From NCBI RefSeq assembly GCF_009914755.1, contig NC_060938.1: DNA of 64,000 nt; one strand, written 5' to 3'. The position numbers were made by a program, and so were the translations under genes. The notes under the pieces are model-generated. The model was given only the letters and a program-made list of their open reading frames with translations, was not told where the DNA came from and searched no databases. The stretch is from the human T2T-CHM13v2.0 reference genome, Homo sapiens. Below, piece by piece: positions 1 through 14,476 of the stretch (its first letter is position 1; every line of letters begins with the position of its first letter).

Positions 1-222
1 GGCTATTGTAAATGGGATTGTGTTCTTGATTTGTCTCTCAGCCTGAATGTTATTGGTGTATAGAAATACTACTGATTTTTGTACATTGATTTTTATATCC
101 TGAACCTTTACTGAAGTCATTTATCAATTCTATGAGCCTTTTGGCAGAGTCTTTATGGTTTTCTAGGTATAGAATCATATTGTCAGCAAAGAAGGATAGT
201 TTGACTTCCTCTTTTCATATTT
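1..222 (-). mobile_element. L1 (LINE-1) ORF2 fragment, older subfamily, truncated by the window edge
   Basis: Antisense L1 ORF2 RT-region sequence (gctattgtaaatgggatt...tgtacattgattt...tagtttgacttcctc), homologous to the reverse complement of about 39220-39440 in the L1 further along the window. Confidence 0.85.
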
Positions 223-2450
223 TGCTCAGAAAGCCTTTTCTGATCCAGCTCCACAGTGTGTGTGTGCAGACATATGCACAGCCAGCAGTGCCCCTGCCGC
301 AAGCCCCCACACCCCTCACACTACCCCTGACACAGCTCATGCCACACTGCACAGTGCCCATGCTTTACCAGGAAACCACTTGTCTCCATGCTCCATGGCA
401 GGAAGAATTGAATCTGGTCTTTCTGCTCCTACCATTGAGTTCAGTCCAGGAACCTGGTAGACTCTTGAAGAAGGAAAGAACAGAGGAAACAGAAAGCTTC
501 GTCCAGACCCTCTGCCCACCACCTCACCTTCCTGTGCTCACTTCAGGCCTGGTGAAATTCCCAGGGATCAAAGCTGCCATAGGAGAAAAGGGTGAGGCCC
601 GAGGAAAAACAGACTGGAGAGAATGACTGAGAAAGCAAGGACTATCTGAACAGGCACTCCAGGGCTCCCATAACATAGGTCAGAGCCATTGCTTAGGAAT
701 ATTTGCAGTGCCCAGTGGGGCAGTGAGGATGACTCGACTTCTAGGAATCACTCCACAGATGGCCCCGGGCCTGTATGTCATGAGACAATCTAAGGGGTCT
801 CTGGAACAGCTGCCCCTGACCTGCATGTACTGGGCTCACCTAAGGTTCCATGCTGTGATAGCTGGATGTCTCCCTTCATGCCTAATCCATGACAACTTAG
901 TGAACTGGTCATTGAAGAAACCATTTAGGCAGATTTCAGAAACATCTGACTGGGCTCTCTTCTACCATTGTGCATGAAGAGGAAAAATTAAACAGGACAA
1001 GAGCTCTGGGCCACACAGCCTCACCTCCATTCCTATTGCTAGCCTGACTTGTGAAAGGAAGTGAAAACATTTAAATGTCCTTCTTCTGTCAGCATGGTAA
1101 CCGGGGTGGACGGAGCTGGGTGTACCATTTTAAAATACACATTTAACAGCTCATCTGAGCGGCTGCAGCCATGTTATCAAGCTGAACACACGTTGATCTG
1201 AGTAGATTATAAAAATAGTTCCCAGTGTCTGGGGACGTAGCGCTTTTAAACAAGTGCTTTGCTTTTCAAAGAACGAGCCATTAAGAAGTTCCTTGTATAC
1301 ATGTAGCCCATGAACCTGAAAAGAAATAAAAGTAAAATCAATACCGAATCAGCAACTCTAAGCAGCAGGCTAGAGAATTTGGCTGTTAGAGATATGGTTA
1401 TAAAAGATTGCTATTCAGTTTATCTTTCATTTCCTGCACAGCTAATGATAGGAGGAATCAAAAATCATCTTCACACTGAATTTGCACATTTTGACAAGAG
1501 AAAAAACTCACACTTTTCTTCATATTTTATTTCCTTTTTCCAAAAAGCGATTCAATTTTTTTTTTGGAAATTTAAATTTGCTCTTTCCTTTCACGAAAAG
1601 AATTCTATTACTCCTGCATTCAATCTGTTCAATCTCAGTTTAGTTTCAAGTTGAGACTTTCATTTCCAGACATGTACAGAGTGGTTGCTGTCCCTGTTTT
1701 CCTTCTCATTTTCAGGGCACAATTCCTTGGCAAAGTAGTAAGCTACTGAGTTAAGTCAAACTCACTACTTTTCACCCTCTAAGCGCCCTTTATGTATGTG
1801 AGACTGAACCCATACAACATCTTCTGCAACTAAAGTTCAAAATCATAATGAATCAATTGTGCAAAAGCACAGGAATATCTAATTTTAAAAAACTTTTCAA
1901 AATGAACGCTAAGCCCTTCTCATTTAACTATTTGCCTTGCTTTATAGGCTATAAAAGTATGTATTAATAGGTGTGATAATATTCTTTGTTTTTAGGGTTT
2001 TATAAATATTTCAAAGACAAATACAAGCAGAGAGATTTCTAATAGACAAGCTACTTACACAATTCTGTGCCCTGAAAGGTGTCTCAAACCGAAGAAAAGA
2101 AGGCAATAACCTAATGAAAAAGGGGCCCAGCATTCTTTTTCATCAGAAGCTTGGTGTTCTAGAGCCGAATAAGGATCAGTGGGTAGCCCACAGAGTGTCC
2201 TGGTGGCACCAATAATATCCATCTCTTTTGAGAAATTTGGACTTGGCTCAGACCATCTGCCATCACTGCAGCCCAAGGTTACCTTTCATTTGGAAATTAT
2301 GCTGTCAACTTGGTTTAGAATGTACATGAGCGAGGCATATGCTTCTTCTTGCTGCCCAAGGAGATGCTGGCATGGAAACAATGTGAAGGCTCCTGATTGA
2401 AGCTTGTGTTTATGGACTCTCCTCTTCTTTTCTTTTCTCTTCTCCCCTAG

Positions 2451-2509
2451 TTACTGTGACTGTGGGAGGCAAGCAACACTTGCTCGGACTGTATGACACC
2501 GCGGGACAG
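2451..2509 (+). CDS. RHOJ: RHOJ coding exon 2 (59 bp): (V)TVTVGGKQHLLGLYDTAGQ, including the G3 DxxG motif
   Basis: Long polypyrimidine tract and AG at 2449-2450; GT at 2510; translation gives the Rho-family LYDTAGQ motif. Confidence 0.97.
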
Positions 2510-4789
2510 GTACATTTTTATTATCTTGATTCATTGGAGGGCGGTGGTGTAGGGGAGAAAAAGATCCATTTGCTTATGCAGATGGGACTCATAGCACAGA
2601 TATTACCCATTCTGATCATTTGGGGCCAATTTATTGTCTGCCTAAATGACGACCAAAAGCACATTCTCAATATTTTAAAAATTACAAAAATCTAAATTGT
2701 TACATCATTCAAGGCATTGATAGGTAAATAATGATTCTTTTGACTGATGACCATCAAAAACCAGAATAACAGATATGTGACCACGAGTTTCAATTTCTTT
2801 CTGTGGAAACCTATTCCAGATTCAGGATTCATAGGTCAGTTTCATAAATTTTAGTTCCACACATGTTTTTTCAGGTTATTTCTTTGCCCACGCTTTATTT
2901 GAATTGCCTAATGAACTGTGAAAAGGCCCAAAAAGAGATTGGTGGGGGTGAGGGGAGGAGAGAGGGAGAAGATGGATTACGTGTTGGAAGGAAGAAAAGC
3001 CAGGATCCTAGATGTTTTCCAAAATGAGAGTCAACCCTGAATAACTGGAGGTTGACTCTAACTTCCCTAAGATTCTTGAAATATTCTCACTTTGTCAGGA
3101 CTGTTTCTTCAAGTTGGAGAAACTGGCCCACCAATAACACAAGACAACGGGCTAAAACCCTCAACAATTAATCAGCTGGCACATGCTCTTTTTGGGTGAA
3201 AATGGCACTTAATCTGTCTTTCCCAGCATCCCACACATCGCTACGAAGTTTCTCAAGTTCTAATGTTCTAATCCAGTTCACGGATTGGTGGAGGGGAAGT
3301 GGTTAAGCAACTGATGGCCGTAGCCCAATTTCTTGGATAGAGCTTTTGTTACCGTATGTCTTGGGTCATCTATTTAGGTCAAAATCAGCGGGTTGTTCAG
3401 TCTGTCCAAATTCATACATCTTAAATTCTTTGGAGTGAACATTTTACCCTGCTATTTCTCAGTGTGAGTTTCCTGGGAATTGTTATTTGTAGCGATGCAT
3501 TCGTCTAGGCCTTTTTTTTTTTTTTTTCACAATTGTTTGGATATACATCGTTTTGCTCAACTTGAAAGTTCTTCACAAGAATATAAATAAATGGAATTCT
3601 CTTTGGGGATTTCTGTGAAAATTTGTAAGGACCACTGTGTAAATGTGTGTGGAACATCAAAGGCTGGTGTTGGCCAGGCTAGGGTGTGGAACCTGGAAAA
3701 TCTAGCACCAGACTCAAAGCTTCTAAGAGCATCCGGCGTCCCCTCATTGGCAGATGCCTGTTTTGGTAAGCTACCGCCAGGAACTGGGAGTGGTAGCAAC
3801 CTCTCACGCCAATAGCAAGACATACGACTAAGAAAGGAGGCCCCCCATGTGCTCCAATGAAAAAAATCATTTGCCCCTCTGATCTAAGATACAAGAGCCT
3901 CGGGATAACTCATACCCCAAACAGAAAGCATTCCAGCAACAAGGGTACACCACTTTGGAGGCCAAAGTTGCCTGCTCTAATTCACTCACATAATCACTGG
4001 GGTGTCCCCATTCATCAGGAACTCATAGACTGAAAGAGAGAGGAGTTTATACCCTCTTGCCTCATAGTCAAATTTTACTAATATAATCCTGTTTGAAAAG
4101 TTCAATATGGCAATGATTATGTCATGACTCGGAAACCTCTCTCTGGTCCCTCTGGCTTCCGAAAAAGTCTCTCTGTCCCCTGCTGCCCAGTCAGTTGTCC
4201 CCTCTTCTGCAGCAATCCAACAAGTATTGCCTCCTGTGTGTTAACTGCCCCAAGAAAAACCTCCACAGGCTTCTGTTTAATTTTAAATCCAATAAAACTC
4301 TTTAAAAGCTCTTGTGGAGTTTAATTATTTTTCCCACTGTTCTGTCCTTTTAAGAAAAAATTTAAATAATACTGGTATAAGAGTTGAAGCTGTAAGACAT
4401 TGTAAAAATATCTTTAAACTCCACATCAAAGCAAACAGAATGGCCCAAACCTCTGACACAAAAGCGATGAAGACTGATAAAATATAACAAATAGATTATA
4501 AGATATTTTTTCAACTAACTCTCACTTGAATGCTTTATATTCAGAGGTAGACAAGGCTCAAAAGGAACCATAAAGCATGGGGAAAAGGAATCAGAATATA
4601 TCTTAAAGTTCCTTCTAGGCCTAAAATTCTGTGATGAGGACTTTTCACATATAATCTCAAGAAATCCTGATAGAACTGGAGTAATTAGGCAAAAGGATTT
4701 GAGGCTAGACCCATGGGAGACCTTTCAGCTGTAAAAGCTTACTAAATAATGGGAATGTGTTACACTACAGGATAACTTGTAATTCATTT

Positions 4790-5455
4790 TCTAGAACAGT
4801 GATTCTCAAACTGGAGTATGTGTCAGAATCACCTGTAGGGCTTGTCAAAACTCAGCTACTGTGCCCCACTCCAAGAATTTCTGCTTCTACAGGTCTAGGG
4901 TGGGACCCAAGAATTTGCATTTCTTTTATTTTATTTTATTTTTTATTTTTTTGAGACAGGGTTTCACTCCCATCACCCAGGCTAGAGCGCAGTGGCGCAA
5001 TCTTGGATCACTGCAACCTCCGCTTCCCGAGTTCAAGCAATTCTTCTGCCTCATCCTCCCAGGTAACTGGGATTACAGGCACCTGCCACCACACCCAGCT
5101 AATTTTTGTGTTTTTTTTCTAGAGACGGAGGTTTCACCATGTTGCCCAGGCTCGTCTCAAACTCCCAACCTCAGGTGATCCACCCACCTCAGCCTCCCAA
5201 AGTGCTGGGATTACAGATGTGAGCCCAAGAGTTTGCATTTCTAACAGGTTTTCTGGCAATGCTGCTGCTGGTCCCTACACCATACTTTGAGAGCCACTCA
5301 AAGTGTGGTCCACCAACCAGTGGCATCAACATCACCAGGAAGCATGTTAGAACTGCAGAATCTCAAGGTCTATCCCCAGCCTACTGAATTTGCAAATCCA
5401 TTTTAAGAGATCTCCAAATCATTAGAATGCACACTAAATTTTGAGAAGCACTACC
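4790..5455. mobile_element. MER5-family (hAT-Charlie) MITE copies, the first interrupted by an Alu
   Basis: cagtgattctcaaact...cagaatcacctg...aatttgcatttctaaca...actttgaga; second copy caaagtgtggtcc...ttgagaagcact. Confidence 0.75.
4925..5225 (-). mobile_element. Alu (S/J type), slightly 5'-truncated, inserted in MER5
   Basis: Antisense Alu body; 19 bp TSD cccaagaatttgcatttct (4906-4924) / cccaagagtttgcatttct (5224-5242). Confidence 0.95.
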
Positions 5456-6084
5456 TAAACGTTTCTGGTGGCTGAGGCATTGTTCTGAAAGTTAGGAGGA
5501 TGCAATGGAAAATAACCATTACTGAAATGTATCCCCGTAGTTCTACAATTCAGCTATTAAGACTTTGTAACAAATTTAATTTGGAAACAGTGTCCCAAAA
5601 TTTCCATTCCTAGTCCTAGGTAGAATAATCTGCCTCTTCTCAGTTGTATTCTAGTAAATGTGCTGGATAGCTAAAGAACACATATAATTCAAAATATTCA
5701 TTTGGTCAATTACAATGGAAGAGAGATGATTTCAAAACCAATTGATTAATCCCTGAACCACAAAAAGAAAATGTCTCTGAATCCAGCTATAGAGTCCATC
5801 TTGCTTGAATAATTAGATTTTTGTGCGTGAATAAACCAAGAAGCAATCCTCCACATCTTTGTCTTGAACTAACTGAAGCAAATGTGTTCTGAGAGGTAAA
5901 GTAATAGGAACTCATTGTCTCAACCCTCAATGTCAGCGCTAAACAAAATCATTTGACCTGCTTTCCCTTGACTTTGAGGCACCTAGTCTGCCTCAGACCT
6001 GGCTACAGCCCCATGAGCCATGGCCTGAGATACTCCTGCCCCTCCGCAATTCAGGCAAGCATGTGCTAAAGATAGTTTATAATG

Positions 6085-6391
<307 letters not shown>

Positions 6392-8349
6392 TCACTTGCA
6401 TACACTGTCAACATGTGGTGGCTGCTGTTAAACATTAGCTCCCTTCCCCAAACCCTGAAACAAACTAACATTTGGACTTGGAGTGGAGCCCTTTGAAGAT
6501 AGATTCTTCACAACTCCGTTTAATTCCCTGTTAGGTAGAATTCCAAACATTAGATTAGGCAATGAATTGAGGAATTTTTCTCAGGGTGAGTGCATGTTAC
6601 TTCTCAGATCACACTAGGAAGGAAATAAGGCCAACCAGCCCTGTAAGCCAAATCTATTTAGGTTGTGCCAACTCATCCTGTACGAGACATATCCCTAGTA
6701 GTGTGTTACTGAATGTTAAAGGGATATCTAGAGCTCAGATCTTTGGCTCAGCTATGAAAGAGTCCCAGAGCTGACTTTCCCATGATGTCCTTGCAGGCCA
6801 GTTTGTTTACAATGCTTCAGGAGAGACCAAGTGGACAGCAGGGTGTTGGTTGGGTTGGGGACGCCACAGCCAACCCTGGGCATTCACCAGCTGAGGAACT
6901 TCAGACTGGGAGAGGGCTCTTTCCCAGGTTATGGCTTGCAGCCAGATGTCCTCCTACCTCACTGCAGGTCATTACAGTGGAACCAGCCATAGTACTAAGA
7001 CAAGGTCTTGCCTCCTTCTCTTGATGTGGCCTCACCTAGAAGGATGATGTGGGCAAAGCCCTATTCAGATTGTGGCCTCTTGGGCAAGACTCTAGGATGG
7101 GCATATCTCAGACACAACACCTGTGAAAATGGCAGCTAGCAGCACTGCCAGGGAGGAATGACCGTCTCCTGGTGTCAGGAGCCAGGTGCAGCCTGGCCAG
7201 GCGCCTGGTTCTGTGGAAGGGTGAACCACTGCATGTGGGCAAGCACAGAATGGTGTCTGTCACTGAGAAACCACAGCCCACAGCAGCTCAGCTGTCACCA
7301 GTGTCTGTGGGAGTAGAGAAGCAAGGAAGGCCATCAGCCGAGCCCCTCACTCGCCCAGGGCTGCTTGTTGCACATCTCCCCCAGGCCCTGATTTCTGAAG
7401 TCCCGCTTTCCCCCAATGGCTAAGGAAGCACGCAACCAAGCAAGGAAGCAAGCACAGCTAGGGTTTATGAATGGCAACCCAGGCTCCACTTGGAAGGACA
7501 CACATAAGCCTTCCCCTTTGCTATTGGCTGATCCAATGGGGCCATCTGGAGCACAGGATCTGGCAGCAACCCTCTATGGAAAGTTTGCCTAAAACCTCAG
7601 AACAAATGTTTTCCCTCAATGAGCAACTCCAAATTTCTTGCTCACGTGTATCTTCATGTGGGATTTTCAGGAGTAGGCAATTTGGGAGATTAGGGAGAAG
7701 TTTGCCCACATGACAGCTGCTTAGTAAAAGCAACCTCAGGACACAATCTTACTTCTCCCCAAATTATGAAAAAGAGAGCTGTAGGAACACTGAGAGTTGC
7801 AGTTGGAGTTTGCAAACATTTGGGTCTTATTACTACTCAGTTCAGAAAAAGTTAATTTCTGAATCAGCCCTGGCATCCAATAAGGGTAGGGAAATGCTTC
7901 CAGGACCAGCAGCTGTTGTTGATATGGGCTGGAGGACGGACTCTTTTACTGGATCATTAAAGTACTTACTATGTTCAAGACAATGGTCTAAGTGGCTGCA
8001 AATATTAACGTATTTTATTCTCATAACAACTCATAAGGCCAGCACTATTAGCCTCATTTTATGGATAAGGAAAGGGAGGCATGGAGAACTTACCCAGGAT
8101 CACACCATAGTCACAAACCCAGAGAATTTCTACCCACCACCCATGTTCTTAAGCACCATGCTATGCACGCACACTATACATGGTGCCCACATTTTTCAAA
8201 TTAAGCCTGATTTATGGGTGAATATGAAAATGAGACTTGTACCAAAAAATCTGAGATAAATGTCATTAAACCCAAGACTTGGAAGCAGAATTCTATTTCC
8301 AAATTAATGTGGGTATGGCGGGGTGGGAGGAGCTCAGCGCCTCTCTTTG

Positions 8350-8740
8350 CTGCTCAAAGTGTGGCCCCTGGACCCAGTAGCACTAGCATCACCTGGACAT
8401 TTGCTAGAAATGCACATTCTTGGGCTCCATTCCAGTCCTGCTACTGAATAAGAATTTGCACTTTAGCCTGGGCAACATAGCGAGACCCTATCTCTACAAC
8501 ATTTTTTTAATTACCCAGGCGTGGTGTGCATACCTGTAGTCCCAGCTACTTGGGAGGCTGGAGAAAGGATCACTTGAGCCCAGGAGTTCAAGACTCCAGT
8601 GAACTATGATCAGTGCACTACAGTGTGAGCAGAAAGTGAGACCCAATCTCAAAACAAACAAACAAACAAAAACAAAATTACATTTTTAACAAGGTCCACA
8701 GGTGATGCAAATATATGTAGTGTCTAAGAAGTGCTATCTA
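8350..8740. mobile_element. MER5-family element interrupted by a 5'-truncated AluJ (~8465-8677, +, AAAC tail)
   Basis: ctcaaagtgtggccc...gcatcacctgg...tagaaatgca; Alu core agcctgggcaacatagcgagaccc. Confidence 0.75.
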
Positions 8741-9459
8741 GAAAATAATTTCACTTACCTGTGTCATGATGCAGCCTATAATATTTAGGGCCCAGGTGTT
8801 TGGCGCATCTGATGCTAACACTTTCTCTGAACTTTTCGTGTTTCATAATCACCCACAGTCACCCCAGAGCACCAGATCTGCCTTCAAACTGAACATGTTC
8901 TTGCCTTCAGGGTGAAGTTGGGCTAAAGGCACTCAAAGGCCTACTTTGCCCCAAATCCTTCCCTGCACTCCCCAATCCTAGCCTCTTTGTCTACTTTACC
9001 TCCAAAGCCCCATTTGAGCCTCTCTTTTAGATTAAAACGCTGTCTCTTCAAGAAGCAAATAAGCACCTGTTTTCCATTCTGAATTTCAGCATTAGAAAGG
9101 GCCTCAAATACCAACTAAACCACTTATCCACTTCTCGTAGCCGCTTGACATCATCTCCACCTGTTACCATCTAACCCAGGGCCAAAGCATGCTCCCTTGT
9201 GAAAAAATATTAAGTTACCAGCTGGCACAAATTCAACTCCCCCCAACCCCCAGTCCCAAGGGGACACTTTCTTTTATTAATCCTGACCCCTTTACCATAT
9301 TTTATAGCTGTAGCCCAGGGTTAGCTCCCAATAGCCCAGGTGTGAGCCTTCTTTAAAAGTATTTTTGCTCTGTTGTCCTGGTTAAATTACTCCATCTGTC
9401 TAGACCTTTGTTTCTTAAACCATAAAACTGGCTCAGGGGAGAGGGAAGAACAGTCACCT

Positions 9460-9657
9460 GTGGTTCTGAAACTTGAGCTGCATCAGAATCACCTGGAGGG
9501 CTTGTTACAGCACTGATGGTGCAGCCTCTCCCCCAGTGCCTCAGCTTCGGTGGGGGGGGGCGGGGGCTGCGTGGCACCTGGGAATGTGTATTTCTAACAA
9601 GCTCCCAGGTGATGCCCATGCTGCTGGACTGAAGAGCGTAGTTTGGAAACCACTGCA
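9460..9657. mobile_element. MER5A
   Basis: gctgcatcagaatcacctggagggcttgtt...tttctaacaagctcccaggtgatgc...aaccactg. Confidence 0.8.
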
Positions 9658-10444
9658 TTAGCTAATCTTTAAGGCCTTTTCTAGTGTTGGAATTGTATTT
9701 TCCCAATTCAGTCAGATAACTATTCTACATCATTCCATTTTGAGATTAGCCAGCAAAGAGTAAGAGAAACTTAACCTGTCTTACTTCCACATAAATCGAA
9801 TAATTTCATGTATTTTCATTTTCTTTCCCCAACTGAATTGCCAATTCTTATTCACCTTATATAGTTCATACAGCATCCTCAACAGTGCTACGCATTCAGT
9901 AGGCACGAAATCTTTTTAAATGGAATGATACAGCAGGACTAAGGTTTCCACAGAAGAGAGATCCAGAATACAGAGCACGGTGAGCCCAGTGACTGACACT
10001 ATCAAAAACGACTCAGCTGGAGGGCCAGGAGGGTAAATGATCAGAAACAGACTTCTCTCACCTGCCCCACCTACAGTCAACCCAGCAACCCATGGTCTTC
10101 CAACTTTTCCATAATGTAAATAGAAATCCTTTGATAGCCACTGGGTTAAAAAATCAGACAAGCATACTCCTTTCCGACTATTAACAACAGTTATTTGTTC
10201 CTACCCAATCTAGTTGTGACATTTCTCCTGATGATGTTTTGCTTTGGTTTTTGGCTTTGAAGTTTTAAATATACAGTGTTGCTGCCATCCAGTGGTAATC
10301 TGAAGCAGATGCAGGCCATCAAATAGATGATCCATCCTGTGGTCAAACATTTTGATTGCTGGGTAACATATGAGTCAAGATTCCTAGATAAGTGAGTTAA
10401 GAAAATGCTTAATCTGTCACTTTAAATTCTGAGCTGCAGAAAAC

Positions 10445-10900
10445 AGTGTGGTCACAATTGAGAGCCAGAGCTGGATTTAGGCTAAATACCCCATCCTGGT
10501 ATTTATGAACTCTGTAACATTGGCCCATCATGGAACTTCTCTAAACCTTAACTTCCTCTTCTATGAAATGTGAATGTTGATGGTACCATCCTTCCAGTTC
10601 CATCAGGAGGATGCAATGAGAACATACATAAGAGTTTGAAACAATGGCTGACCTTTAGCAATAACCCCTTGGGTGCATCCTCCATTAATGTTGGAGATGA
10701 TAGTGAAGTACAGCCGTGTTCTCAACTCCAGGTCCACCCCAAACCAATTAAGTCAGAACTCCCAGATACGCAGGCCCACTCTCCAGAGATTCTAATTTAG
10801 CTGGTTCCAGAGTAGAAAAGGGGGTGGAGCAAGGAGTTGATTAGCAGAGCTTCAGGATGGTTTAAAAGCTCCCCAGGTGATTCTAATAAAAGTCACTGCA
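10445..10900. mobile_element. MIR relic followed by a MER5-like fragment
   Basis: Degenerate MIR core (ctctaaaccttaacttcctcttctatgaaatg); aaagctccccaggtgattctaat. Confidence 0.55.
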
Positions 10901-11301
10901 ATAAATGGCCCACAGAAGTGCCACGTGTTCATTTGCAGGTCACTGTAGAGGTCATTTCTTCCAGTCTGTCAATAGCATTTATTGAATATTTACTGCGGAA
11001 AGAGTACCTGTAGGGATGAGAAAAAAATCAACATGGTCCCTACTCCATTTATGACAATCCAGATGGGAGCATGCAGTGGCAGAGGGCAGGTGGTGTGGTG
11101 AACAGCTGTAGATTATAGCCTGGGAAGGAGACTTCTTGGCTCACGGGCCTTACAGCTGCTCTTTAAGGGAACACTCCAGAGAGAAAAGAGAGAAGTGGGG
11201 AGACCATGGAAGAGGAGGTTTGTTTTTCAGAGCTAGTTGTGTAAAGAGGAGAGGGTAGTGCCAAGAATTTAGCTATCCCTTTCTCCACTGCCTCACCAGC
11301 T

Positions 11302-11304
11302 ACA

Positions 11305-11342
<38 letters not shown>
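11302..11342. repeat. (CA)n microsatellite
   Basis: Seen directly. Confidence 0.95.
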
Positions 11343-11346
<4 letters not shown>

Positions 11347-11772
11347 TAGGCACAACTTGGCTGAGATGCAACCCAGTAGACCTGGCACAACTTCCCAGTA
11401 TGACCAGTGATTATTCAGCTGTGCACCCAACTCCCAATTATTGACTAGAAATGTGGTAAATTAGCCACAATAGTGGGGGTTTTTTTTGTTTTGGGTTTAT
11501 TTTTTAGGATTTTACTTTTCAGCATCATTGCCCTCTTGCTTTGCATTTTGCATTAGGTACCTAAAACCTGTGCTTAAGTTTTAATAGTAGTAGCAGTAGT
11601 GGCCACATATACTGAGTCCCGTGTTCTGCATACTCTGAGTAGCTAAACAATAGATCAATGCATGCCCACCAACAGGAGTGGACCATACTTAACATTCTAA
11701 GGTACTTCCTTTCAGTCTCATGTGTATGTAGTGTGCACATGTGTGTACTTCCTTTTCTGGTCTTTTTTAAAA

Positions 11773-11882
11773 TTTTTTTTATTATACTTTAAGTTCTGGG
11801 ATACATGTGCAGAACGTGCAGGTTTGTTACATAGGTATACACGTGCCATGGTGGTTTGCTGCACCCATCAACCCGTTATCTA
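11773..11882 (-). mobile_element. L1PA-type 3' terminal fragment (~110 bp)
   Basis: ttattatactttaagttctgggatacatgtgcagaacgtgcaggtttgttacatagg is the antisense L1PA 3' end. Confidence 0.9.
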
Positions 11883-12041
11883 ATAAATATATTATTAGAG
11901 TCAATAGAAAGGTTGATATTAAAAATATATCCATGATATATTGTTTTAAAAAACACAAGTGGCACAACAATATGAACAATTTAATCAATTTGTTTTTAAA
12001 CTAAACATGTGTATGTGGTATACATACATAAATATAAAATG

Positions 12042-12413
<372 letters not shown>

Positions 12414-13325
12414 TCATATCAGGGATGAAAACAAGCTTTCACTTCAACTCTGTGTACTTCTTCAATGTTTGCATTTTTGCAATGAGCACATACATGTTTT
12501 GTAAGTTTCTGAAATGTTTCATGAAGAGTAGTCATGCCCCTAATAAATGAGTTAATTATTTATTAACCCATCTCTATGAATACATGTATATCATAGGTGT
12601 GAACATATAAGTTTAGTTGCACATATAGTATACACACATATATAGTGCACACACATCATATATAGTGTGTATACACATACAAATTATGTATGGTGTGTAT
12701 GGACACATGTCATGTTGCGATATGTGATGTATATATAAATATGGTATGTGTATGCACGCTTACACACAAAGTTACTGTCTGTTTATGTGTTACTAAATTC
12801 TATAAAAACATATAAAACTTTCTATTGAAATATCAGGTTTTACCGTGGAACCTCCTAAAACATTTTACATACAGTAAAAGCCCTTGCCAACATTTTCCCA
12901 AAGTCGAAATGATGCGCAGTTTTACTTTGTATTTATCAACTCCCACTAAAATAGCAAATACATAAATATCTTATGTAACCAGAAACTCTTCCATGAGCAT
13001 ATTCTGCTCTGAAAAATCTTTAGAAAGAAAATAATTAAGCCAGCATTTTATTTGGCCTTTAAGTAATACTTGAAACAAATCCAAAATTCTTAGCTCTAAA
13101 CCCTCACTCAACATATTTCTTCAAATATTGTGGTGTCAAATTTGGCAATAACTCTTGTTTTGCATGTTAGTTCATTTATTCTAAATTAAATTTGGATATA
13201 ATTTTTTTTAATCGTGTGAGGAGAGGATTCCTGTTGCCTTGGCAAATAGCTCACTAATTTAAATATAGTATATTCAATATAACACAATTCCAACATGATG
13301 GAAGAATTGCAATAATCTTTACTGA

Positions 13326-13664
<339 letters not shown>

Positions 13665-13677
13665 AGGTGAACTTTTG

Positions 13678-14010
13678 AATACATAGAAACAGAGAGTAGA
13701 ACTATTGTTACCAGAGGCAAGTAAGGAAAGGAAACGGGGAGGTTTTGATCAAGGGTACAAAGCTGCAGTTAGCTAGGGTGAATAAGTCTACAGCTGTAAT
13801 ATACAGCATGATAACTATAGTTAATAATACTATATTGCATACTGGAAATATGCTAAGAGAGTAGGTCTCTGGTCCTCTCACCGTAAAATATATTTTTAAA
13901 GGTAAGCTGTAAGGAGATGAATATGTTAATTTGTTTCACTGTAGCATATATATGTATATCAAACACCATGTTGTACACCTTAAATGTATACAATTTAAAA
14001 ATAAAAATAA
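13678..14010 (+). mobile_element. L1MA-type 3' end fragment
   Basis: agagagtagaa...gggtacaaag...tacagcatgataactatagttaataatac...ttgtacaccttaaat plus A-rich tail. Confidence 0.8.
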
Positions 14011-14311
14011 ATGGGTGAACTTTATGGTATATATAGGTAGGTATATAAGTTATATCTCAATAAAACTGCTAAAAATATTTTAAGTTCATCTTAAGAAGGG
14101 GCAATACATAATCTCTGTACGTAACAAAAAGGTATTTTTCTGACTGATGGCTCCTTTAGTTCTAGTAGAGAAAGAACTACCAGATTCCAGGGTTGAGGAA
14201 GAAACGGGATCCCAGTGCGCTGTAGTGGACTCTTACCTGAAATCTGACCTTGGAACTACATGGGACACACCTTACACAGGCTGTACAAACCCTTGTCTGC
14301 TCTTCCCACAG

Positions 14312-14476
14312 GAGGACTACAACCAGCTGAGGCCACTCTCCTACCCCAACACGGATGTGTTTTTGATCTGCTTCTCTGTCGTAAACCCTGCCTCTTACCA
14401 CAATGTCCAGGAGGAATGGGTCCCCGAGCTCAAGGACTGCATGCCTCACGTGCCTTATGTCCTCATAGGGACCCAG
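14312..14476 (+). CDS. RHOJ: RHOJ coding exon 3 (165 bp, phase 0-0): [55 protein letters not shown]
   Basis: cag acceptor at 14309-14311; GT at 14477; Cdc42/TC10-subfamily switch II sequence (LRPLSYP, FLICFSV). Confidence 0.98.

Noticed and set aside
132-626. 164 aa ORF at the window start
   Set aside because: Begins in an antisense L1 fragment and runs into low-information intronic sequence
14147-14311. In-frame ATG-initiated upstream extension of RHOJ exon 3
   Set aside because: No promoter evidence; a normal acceptor explains the exon, and a 55-codon open stretch can arise by chance
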